From Candidatus Lokiarchaeum ossiferum (GTDB lineage Archaea > Asgardarchaeota > Lokiarchaeia > Sigyniarchaeales > Promethearchaeaceae), in assembly GCA_025839675.1 (NCBI GenBank), contig CP104013.1, positions 3,120,001 to 3,152,000 on the forward strand: a stretch of 32,000 nucleotides of DNA, written 5' to 3'. The notes beneath the pieces are model-generated. The model searched no databases, was not told where the DNA came from, and saw only the letters and a program-made list of their open reading frames with translations. Each line of letters begins with the position of its first letter. The stretch's first letter is position 1. The position numbers and the translations under genes were made by a program. Below are positions 15,717 to 22,641 of this stretch, piece after piece.

Positions 15717-16953
15717 AAATGCCCTCTACGGAAACAAATTTGTTAATATTCGAGAAAACATCCTCCATCTCGGGAAATTTCAAATTCAAGATATTATAAG
15801 CAAAAAAAAGACCCCATCCTTTGTATTCCTCTTAGATAAACTACGTGCTAATATTAAACAAATCTCATGGTGTTTTTCTGAAGTTTTTCCGAAAGCCCAA
15901 GGATTTTATTCCATGAAAGCCAATTTCTTTTCTCCTATCATAGAAACTGTTAAAAATGCAGATTTTGGGGCTGAAATTGTTGGAATTCCAGAATTCAACT
16001 CGTTAAAAAAAATAAATTTTCCAATGGATAAAATTATTGCAGGTGGACCTTACTTACCAGATGATTTTCTCAAAGAATTAGTCAAACATAAAGTAGGATA
16101 TATTGTAGTTTATGATCTTGAAGATTTGTTAAGAATCCAAAATGAAATTACAAATAAAAACAAGGATGTTTCATATATTCAAAAAATATTGGTAAGATTC
16201 CAATCCCCAAAATATACTGGACGTCAAGGGATTGCCTTAAATAAGCAGAATTTATTGAATTTAAAAGAAATTGTTGATAATTCACCGAATATTTTGATGA
16301 AAGGTATATTATCGCATATGGGTACCCGGATGAAAACCCTCGAGAATTTTCAAAAGAATATTGCATTTATTATAAAGACAGTGAATGATCTGAAGCAAAT
16401 CGCTCGAATTTCAACCGAGATTATTGATATGGGAGGTGGATTTCCAAATGCAGACACTTTAAAGAAAAATCAACTTCTCTCAATATTGGAACAGCTTAAG
16501 AAAGAATTAATTATTGGAAATTGTGCTCACTGTCAAATTTTTTATGAACCTGGGAGATTTTTGGTTGGAGATATCGGTTTTTGTTTGACGAAAGTGTACA
16601 AATATGATGAAGCTACAGCAACAGCATTTTTAGAAATTGGAAATAATATGATTCCTAAATTTATGAAATCCGCATTACGTTTCTACAATGCCTCGAGAAT
16701 TTATGAAAAACCTAATAAGCCTATTGATTTCATGGGAATAATCCCATCAGATCAAGATATTTTGATAAAAAATTATAATTTTACCAGAAATATAGCAGCG
16801 GATGACATTATAGTTATTGCAAATGTAGGGGCATATGCATTAACATGGTCTACCCGATTTCCATATATTTTACCTTCAATTTTGTTTATTGATGGAAATG
16901 ACATTGAGATATTTCATGATAATGCTGTCCAATCCGATTTTTCTATTCACTAG
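15703..16953 (+). CDS. PLP-dependent decarboxylase, Orn/DAP/Arg decarboxylase family (fold type III)
   Basis: YSMKANFFSPI (PLP-lysine 'KAN' motif), HMGT, MGGGFP and YEPGRFLVGD are family motifs. Its start overlaps the GT4 stop by 14 nt. Substrate cannot be assigned from sequence by eye. Confidence 0.75.
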   Translation: MKTTKNALYGNKFVNIRENILHLGKFQIQDIISKKKTPSFVFLLDKLRANIKQISWCFSEVFPKAQGFYSMKANFFSPIIETVKNADFGAEIVGIPEFNSLKKINFPMDKIIAGGPYLPDDFLKELVKHKVGYIVVYDLEDLLRIQNEITNKNKDVSYIQKILVRFQSPKYTGRQGIALNKQNLLNLKEIVDNSPNILMKGILSHMGTRMKTLENFQKNIAFIIKTVNDLKQIARISTEIIDMGGGFPNADTLKKNQLLSILEQLKKELIIGNCAHCQIFYEPGRFLVGDIGFCLTKVYKYDEATATAFLEIGNNMIPKFMKSALRFYNASRIYEKPNKPIDFMGIIPSDQDILIKNYNFTRNIAADDIIVIANVGAYALTWSTRFPYILPSILFIDGNDIEIFHDNAVQSDFSIH

Positions 16954-16971
16954 TTTTTTCTCGAAAAGGTA

Positions 16972-16986
16972 ATATCACGATATTAT
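16972..16986 (+). promoter_or_regulatory. Copy B of the conserved intergenic 15-mer (ATATCACGATATTAT), 66 nt upstream of ftsZ
   Basis: 14/15 identical to the copies at 13047 and 29873. Located in the 99-bp spacer between the decarboxylase gene and ftsZ. Confidence 0.4.
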
Positions 16987-17052
16987 CACTAATAATAATC
17001 TAATTCTTCCATCCTCATTGTATATAGATCGGAATTAGGATCGGATTAAACA

Positions 17053-18195
17053 ATGAAACGAATTCTTTCTCATGTTGAAATACCAAAACAATCACGAGCT
17101 CCATTCTCTTCACAGCAACCAGGAATTGGACAAGCAAATATTATTATAATTGGATGTGGTGGTGCTGGGAATAATACTGTTGATCGCCTCATGAAAATTG
17201 GAATCCGAGGAGCTCGTTGCATAGCGATCAATACCGATCAACAACATCTAAATGCAATCCAGGCTCATGAAAGACTCTTGATTGGAAAAAACCTCACACG
17301 CGGTTTAGGCGCGGGAGGACAACCGGACATTGGTCGATCTGCTGCAGAAGAATCTCAAAATGATCTTACAGGATTGCTTAGAAAAGGGGATTTAGTATTT
17401 ATCACTTGTGGGATGGGAGGAGGTACGGGTACAGGAAGTGCACCGATTGTTGCTGAAATAGCAAAAAATAATGGTGCTATCGTAGTCGGAGTTATCACGA
17501 TGCCTTTTGAAGCGGAAATGGGAAGAATTCAAAAAGCAAAAGAAGGTGTTAAGATTCTTCGAAATTTTGTAGATACTCTTGTTATGATCGATAATAACCG
17601 TCTCCTTGAAATAGCTGCAGATCTACCTATTACAGAAGCTTTTAGCTTAGCAGATGAAGTTTTGGCCACAATGGTTAAAGGAATTACTGAGACTATATCA
17701 CTTCCCTCGTTGATCAATTTAGATTATGCGGATATTCGAACAATCCTTACATCTGGAGGGGTAGCAATCGTGGGGATTGGAGAAGGTGATGATCCCCAAC
17801 ATCGAATTGAAGAAGCAATTGATGATGCGTTAAATTCACCTCTCTTAGAATTTGATATTTCAGGAGCTCAAGGTGCTCTTATTCATGTCACAGGTGGTGA
17901 TGATCTTACTTTGGTAGAAACAACAAAAGTTGCAAATTTAGTGACTGAACGAATGGATCCTAACGCAATGGTGATTTGGGGAGCGCGGGTCGATCCAAAT
18001 ATGACTGGAGCAGTAAGGGTCATGTTATTAATAACGGGTGTAAAATCGTCTCAGTTGTTAGGGAATTCAAATAACAGATTTTTATCAACGGATTTTGCAG
18101 GCAAATCTGGGAGAACCAGACCAAATTTAGCAGATGAGTTTTTCAATATAAGTGAAATCCGCTCAATTAATGAAGAAAATTTAAATTTATTTTAA
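17053..18195 (+). CDS. ftsZ: Cell division GTPase FtsZ
   Basis: [15 protein letters not shown], tubulin signature [26 protein letters not shown], and T7-loop region MIDNNRL. Confidence 0.95.
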   Translation: MKRILSHVEIPKQSRAPFSSQQPGIGQANIIIIGCGGAGNNTVDRLMKIGIRGARCIAINTDQQHLNAIQAHERLLIGKNLTRGLGAGGQPDIGRSAAEESQNDLTGLLRKGDLVFITCGMGGGTGTGSAPIVAEIAKNNGAIVVGVITMPFEAEMGRIQKAKEGVKILRNFVDTLVMIDNNRLLEIAADLPITEAFSLADEVLATMVKGITETISLPSLINLDYADIRTILTSGGVAIVGIGEGDDPQHRIEEAIDDALNSPLLEFDISGAQGALIHVTGGDDLTLVETTKVANLVTERMDPNAMVIWGARVDPNMTGAVRVMLLITGVKSSQLLGNSNNRFLSTDFAGKSGRTRPNLADEFFNISEIRSINEENLNLF

Positions 18196-18205
18196 CCCAA
18201 AAAAA

Positions 18206-18787
18206 TTATAATGTAGGTTTCCAGATTTTTGTAAAGTCTTCTTGTTTCTTTTTCTGATGTTCATATTGTAAATAAGCTAAAACAGTTTTATGAGCAGAAC
18301 CTTGGATAATCATATTTATCCCTTTTTTAGCAATTTTAATGGAATCAAATTCCCCAATTAATGCCAAATGCTTCTTATATATGGAAAGAAACACTCCGCT
18401 AAACTGTTCAATAGAATTTCGGATTTTTCCATGGTCACCAATTATTCTCCCTTTGATTCTCTTCAATCGTTTTTCTGAATGGCCTAAAATACTTTCCAGA
18501 TCAATAACTTCTAATATATTTTCACTATCGAGTAATTTTAATGCTTTATCAGGGTTAAAACCAAAATTAATTGCTTCTAAAATATGATTTGTTGTATAAA
18601 CCCGCACACCAGATGCATCGAGTTCATTTTGTCCATCCTTCGAAGAAGCTTCGGGATCTACTTCAATATGATAATCCCCTGATGTACTATCTATTGTGAT
18701 TTTGGTACCAGTGAGTTGTTCAATCTTTTTTTTTGTATCCCCATTTTTTCCAATTGCTATTGGTAACCTACCCAAATCAAATGACAT
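18206..18787 (-). CDS. Double-KH-domain RNA-binding protein, Dim2/Pno1 homologue
   Basis: Two KH GxxG loops (AIGKNGDTKKKIEQLTG and IIGDHGKIRNSIEQFSG). Sits immediately downstream of a RIO kinase and in a string with aIF2-beta, a neighbourhood known from other archaea. Confidence 0.75.
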   Translation of the reverse strand: MSFDLGRLPIAIGKNGDTKKKIEQLTGTKITIDSTSGDYHIEVDPEASSKDGQNELDASGVRVYTTNHILEAINFGFNPDKALKLLDSENILEVIDLESILGHSEKRLKRIKGRIIGDHGKIRNSIEQFSGVFLSIYKKHLALIGEFDSIKIAKKGINMIIQGSAHKTVLAYLQYEHQKKKQEDFTKIWKPTL

Positions 18788-18854
18788 TACGACAATATAT
18801 GAAACAAATATTAAATTTTTTTTGATTAAAATAGAAATTTGAAAGAAAACAAAA

Positions 18855-19643
18855 TTAAGATTCTGAAAGAATTTCTTGAACTAATGTGTTCACATCAGGA
18901 AGATCCGATTTGGAAACAAATTGCTCAAAATATTTAAGCACATTAATTATATCTCGCTTTAGAAAAACTGGTGCATTATAATGATAGACTGAAACTGCTT
19001 GAGAAACGTCAATAATTATTGGTTCACCCTTAAAATATAAAATATTAAAAGCACTTAAATCCCCATGAACTAAATGGGCTTCAATGTACATTTTTTTAAT
19101 TTGATTTATAACAAAATCGAGGGTTTTTTTTGGATCCTCCAAATGATTAACATCTTTAAGTCGTGGAGCAGGAGAACCATTTGATTCTCCAATAAATTCC
19201 ATTACCAAAAGATTATCTCGATTAATCAATGGCTTGGGTACAATAATTCCATGTCGTTCCATTTGTTTTAAATTTTTAAGTTCCTTTTTACACCAAGTAT
19301 AAATTATTTTGTGTGTTGAAGTTCCGATTTTCTTGAATCTAGGATCTCCGATTATATAGTTCTTCATCCATTTGGTATTTTGAGGATCGATTTTATAGAT
19401 TTTGACTGCGAGAGGAATATTTTCTTCACCCAAGGCAAAATATACGTTTGCTTCTTTTCCAGCAGATATGATTCCAACAAATTCTTGGATTATTCCTTTT
19501 GCCATCATTTTATTCAAGTTAATTGAAGTGTAACTGTCGAAAACACCACCAAAAGCAGAATGTTCTTCCGTTTTCCTTTTTGTTTTTTCTCGTTGTTTAT
19601 CTTGTTTTCGATCCATTCGATCTTGAATTTTTTCGTTATCCAT
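18855..19643 (-). CDS. RIO-type serine/threonine protein kinase (Rio1-like)
   Basis: ISAGKEANVY (nucleotide-binding), LVHGDLSAFNIL (catalytic loop), IIDVSQAV (metal-binding Asp). I prefer the ATG at 19643 (MDNEKIQ...), 7 nt after the NMD3 stop. The longer ATG at 19697 would overlap NMD3 by 47 nt. Confidence 0.85.
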   Translation of the reverse strand: MDNEKIQDRMDRKQDKQREKTKRKTEEHSAFGGVFDSYTSINLNKMMAKGIIQEFVGIISAGKEANVYFALGEENIPLAVKIYKIDPQNTKWMKNYIIGDPRFKKIGTSTHKIIYTWCKKELKNLKQMERHGIIVPKPLINRDNLLVMEFIGESNGSPAPRLKDVNHLEDPKKTLDFVINQIKKMYIEAHLVHGDLSAFNILYFKGEPIIIDVSQAVSVYHYNAPVFLKRDIINVLKYFEQFVSKSDLPDVNTLVQEILSES

Positions 19644-19650
19644 CTTAAAT

Positions 19651-20580
19651 TCATTCCTCGTCGATGAGAGTCCACTTCTTTTTCTGAAAGATATCATAAT
19701 TCACTTGTGTTACTTTACCGCCATCTTCAGTTTGTAAAACCACTTTATTTCGAGTTATTTTTTTTACTATATAATCCATTTGTTCTATTTTTATACGATC
19801 CTTAGGAACTACTGGCAAAAGCCGAAGAAGTGTTGTCAATCGGTAAAGGTCAGATCCTTTTTCTTGATCTACTCCAATCAGTTTCTTGGAAATTTTAATT
19901 TCAAAATGATATTTTCCTCTTAATTTTGCAATTAAAACTCTTGCCATCGCATTGGTACTAACCATCAAGTCAAATCCATTTATAGTATAAGATATTTTTG
20001 AGATGTAATTTTGAATCCTTTGAAAATTCTCAGTATCTTCAATTTTTTTGCATTCAAACATTAGCTCATCTAACTTTAATTTATCTCTCGGACTTTGGAT
20101 CCGAATTTGAACGATCGCATCAAATCTACCCCCTTTCTTTTTGGCACAATAGGGACAGTGAATCTCTTTTCTTCTGATTCTTATGGACTCTTCAGCAGTA
20201 TTAATTACATCATTAGAACTGGTGCGTACAACTAAATTAATATCAAAATCTTTATGGATATCTAATTCTTGTTCAAAAAACAATTCATAATTTCGATTAT
20301 GTTTCTTTTCCAGAGGAATAAAAATTCGTTCATACAAAATTCTAGTTAGAAAATCAATAGCAGGTTCATCATTTGGTTGATAACACCATTCAAATTCTTG
20401 ATCATCTTTTTTTAAAGAGAATGCTTTGCAATGAACGCATTGTCGAAGTTGAATTTTTCCGGGTAGGTTTGATTCGATAGGCTTTTTGCCCGTGCACTTT
20501 TCACAAATAAAGCCTTCATATATTTTATCGGTGGCAGTAAACCTATTACCACATTTTGAACAAAATCTGCGCAACTTCAT
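19651..20580 (-). CDS. NMD3-family ribosomal large-subunit biogenesis/export adaptor homologue
   Basis: N-terminal Cys clusters CSKCGN, CEKCTG, CVHCKA and CPYCAKKKGGRFDAIVQIR fit the NMD3 N-terminal zinc-binding domain. Size and neighbourhood are consistent. Confidence 0.7.
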   Translation of the reverse strand: MKLRRFCSKCGNRFTATDKIYEGFICEKCTGKKPIESNLPGKIQLRQCVHCKAFSLKKDDQEFEWCYQPNDEPAIDFLTRILYERIFIPLEKKHNRNYELFFEQELDIHKDFDINLVVRTSSNDVINTAEESIRIRRKEIHCPYCAKKKGGRFDAIVQIRIQSPRDKLKLDELMFECKKIEDTENFQRIQNYISKISYTINGFDLMVSTNAMARVLIAKLRGKYHFEIKISKKLIGVDQEKGSDLYRLTTLLRLLPVVPKDRIKIEQMDYIVKKITRNKVVLQTEDGGKVTQVNYDIFQKKKWTLIDEE

Positions 20581-20607
20581 ATTGATAACCTCTAGGGGAG
20601 AATTTTT

Positions 20608-20919
20608 TTAAAATAAAAATTTGATTGCAATGGGAACCTCATCAACTGCTATTATTCCATCTTTATGAATAATCTCTTTTTCAATTAAGGCATCTATAAT
20701 GTTTTTTCCAACAACATTGAAATTGCTGGCCTTTTTCAATACTTTAACTGCCTCTTCTTGTGATACAAGTTGATCTTTAAAAAAAACTTCTGAAACATTG
20801 AAGCGAAATTTGTCTTTTTCTAATATCTTTCCTAAACAGTCTTCATCGCAGACTCCAACAACAATATTATCAAAACGTGAATGTATTTTTAAATAGCAAT
20901 TCATAAATAAAACGCTCAT
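20608..20919 (-). CDS. DUF424-family protein
   Basis: VVGVCDEDCLGKILEKDKFRFNVSEVFFKDQLVSQEEAVKVLKKASNFNVVGKNIIDALIEKEII matches the DUF424 pattern (vavcDe.lLGk..e.g...l.vse.FY.g..v.eee....l..a...nlvG). Alternative ATG at 20904. Confidence 0.6.
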   Translation of the reverse strand: MSVLFMNCYLKIHSRFDNIVVGVCDEDCLGKILEKDKFRFNVSEVFFKDQLVSQEEAVKVLKKASNFNVVGKNIIDALIEKEIIHKDGIIAVDEVPIAIKFLF

Positions 20920-20938
20920 TAAGTAAATAAAGAAAAAA

Positions 20939-21352
20939 TTAAAGCTTCACAGGATGTCGGGTTCCACAAGCTTGACAAACTAGTAAATGTACCCTTCCTT
21001 CTTTGACAATAACAGTATCTGGTTTTCCACAAGTCTCGCAGATTACATATTTTTCACAATAATTTTTAATCAACCGATTTATTGTGTTAAGCTTTTGTTT
21101 TCCTTTCAAAATTGCTTTATTTCCTTTTATTCCACCAGCAGTTCCAACTTCTTGTAAAATATTTTTGATAAAATGTTTTTCATCCCGTTTTATACTATCT
21201 ACTACTTCTTTGAAATTAAGAAGGATTGTATTTTTACCTTCATATTCCAATCTTGCAATAGGAATCTTCCATCGATCAGTTTCATGGAATCCACTGGGGA
21301 TTTTTGCAAAAGCTCGGTCGAGTAATTTTAAATATTCTTCATCCTCTGACAT
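20939..21352 (-). CDS. eif2b: Translation initiation factor aIF2 subunit beta
   Basis: YLKLLDRAFAKIP...RWKIPIARLEYEGKNTILLNFKEV...EVGTAGGI and the C-terminal zinc ribbon YVICETCGKPDT...LVCQACG. Confidence 0.9.
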   Translation of the reverse strand: MSEDEEYLKLLDRAFAKIPSGFHETDRWKIPIARLEYEGKNTILLNFKEVVDSIKRDEKHFIKNILQEVGTAGGIKGNKAILKGKQKLNTINRLIKNYCEKYVICETCGKPDTVIVKEGRVHLLVCQACGTRHPVKL

Positions 21353-21410
21353 TACTATAATAAATATATAATCAGCAAAAAAATTTTCTATTTCTAGTTA
21401 AGGTTTTTTT

Positions 21411-22247
21411 TTAGTAGGAAGAATAGTGCCCAGGTTGACTTTTATAAATTCGAACATCTTGAGATAATTGTTCTAAGATCGATTGTAAATGATTTATCTC
21501 TATGGAAAAATGCTCAGCGATTTGCTTTATTGACACTCCATCGCCAGAATCTTGTTTCAATATATAATCAACAATTTGATCATTTTGATCTAGATTATCA
21601 AATACAGCAGATTCATTTGACTTCGTTATAACTTGATCCCTAACTGGATTAATTTTCATTGGAGGGGGTGATTGAGATTCAAATTCTTGAATATTTGGAA
21701 TGGTTTTTTCTTCCGTAGGATTAAAATCAAAATCAGTAAAATCATTTTGGGGAGACTTAGATATTTCAAAACTTTGGTCTAATTTTCTTTTTCTCAAAAC
21801 TTCAAGGTTGTGATAGATTAAATTGTTCGGATCTTTAATTTTCCGCACAAATTCGGCAGTAACCGCAACATTACTCTTATAAAATCGTACGATTCCTACA
21901 AAATCAATTAAATCTCCCTTCAACAAATGATCATACTCATTTTGTTCGATGCCCCAGATAGTTCCCCACAATTGGCCTGTTCCATCGTCAATTTGAAATG
22001 ATAAACGAGAATTAGATTCAAAAGACTCAGCTAAAAAAGAATCTTCCGAATTCTGTTCCACAACCTCTTTTTTATTGATCAAGGTTCCACACAATCTTAC
22101 CCTCTTTAAATTTCCGTACCTGGTAGAAAGTATCTTCTCCTCATCATTCCATTGGCCTTCAATTAAATCACCAATGAATGTTCTTTTTGCAGGATGTCGT
22201 TTGAACTTCGTATTGGAAGGAGCGTTATTGTAACTCATAGAAATCAT
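21411..22247 (-). CDS. RPA32/Rpa2-like ssDNA-binding protein (OB fold + C-terminal winged-helix-like domain)
   Basis: OB core RVRLCGTLINKKEV...FQIDDGTGQLWGTIWG...GDLIDFVGIVRFYKSNVAVTAEFVRKIKDPNNLIYHNLEV parallels the RPA32/Stn1 OB (ldDgTG.i....w ... G.yv.v.G.l..f.g...i....i..v.d.NE...H.LEv). The C-terminus VDYILKQDSGDGVSIKQIAEHFSIEINHLQSILEQLSQDVRIYKS looks wH-like. Confidence 0.6.
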   Translation of the reverse strand: MISMSYNNAPSNTKFKRHPAKRTFIGDLIEGQWNDEEKILSTRYGNLKRVRLCGTLINKKEVVEQNSEDSFLAESFESNSRLSFQIDDGTGQLWGTIWGIEQNEYDHLLKGDLIDFVGIVRFYKSNVAVTAEFVRKIKDPNNLIYHNLEVLRKRKLDQSFEISKSPQNDFTDFDFNPTEEKTIPNIQEFESQSPPPMKINPVRDQVITKSNESAVFDNLDQNDQIVDYILKQDSGDGVSIKQIAEHFSIEINHLQSILEQLSQDVRIYKSQPGHYSSY

Positions 22248-22391
22248 AATTTTTGTTAATATGTCTATTAGAATATAGGATAATAAAAAGAAATATATTT
22301 CCCCAAAAATACCTTTACTTGCCTTTTAGCTTAAACATTGCTGAGTTATGCGATGATGTAATGTGAACTCATAAGGCAACAATAAAGAAAT

Positions 22392-22501
22392 TGGTAGCGG
22401 GAGGAGGATTTGAACCACCCGATCTCAGGGTTATGAGCCCTGCAGCCTAGACCAGATTTGACTTATAAAGTGAAACACCTTATAATCTAGCCCATCCCGC
22501 T
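22392..22501 (-). tRNA. tRNA-Met (anticodon CAT), initiator-type, with ~32-nt insert in the D-loop and genomically encoded CCA
   Basis: Minus-strand sequence: AGCGGGA UG GGCU AG[AUUAUAAGGUGUUUCACUUUAUAAGUCAAAUC]UGGUCUA GGCU G CAGGG CUCAUAA CCCUG AGAUC(G) GGUGG UUCAAAU CCUCC UCCCGCU A CCA. It has a 7-bp acceptor stem with A1:U72, three G:C pairs at the bottom of the anticodon stem and a canonical T-loop. Irregularities are one extra nucleotide and a U:U mismatch (or a bulge) in the T arm. Confidence 0.8.
22455..22486 (-). other. Putative non-canonical tRNA intron within the D-loop of tRNA-Met
   Basis: The insert forms its own hairpin UUAUAAGG-UGUUUCA-CUUUAUAA. The flanks CUAGAUU / AAUCUGG can pair and leave a 3'-side bulge (relaxed helix-bulge-helix). 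Exact splice junctions cannot be fixed by eye, so boundaries are +/- 3 nt. Confidence 0.5.
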
Positions 22502-22641
22502 TTGGTATTTATCCAAAGATATTTTAATGAATTAAGCACATCTAAAAAGATTTACGGTTAGTTGGGATCAAAGATGTAACCTTTAAATTCATTTTATTTT
22601 ACAAGAAGAATTTTCTTAATTCATCTTTCCTTGCTTAAGTC

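Noticed and set aside
19644-19697. Longer RIO kinase start overlapping NMD3 by 47 nt
   Set aside because: It is possible (a genuine ATG). The ATG at 19643 gives a 7-nt intergenic gap and removes an 18-aa Ser/Arg-rich extension that I do not recognise as part of the RIO domain. Left as an alternative.
22330-22380. Possible C/D-box sRNA between the tRNA and the RPA32-like gene (CTGA ... ATGATGT)
   Set aside because: Only a D'-like CTGA and a C'-like AUGAUGU are present. There is no terminal C box upstream or D box (CUGA) downstream at the required spacing, and no terminal stem.
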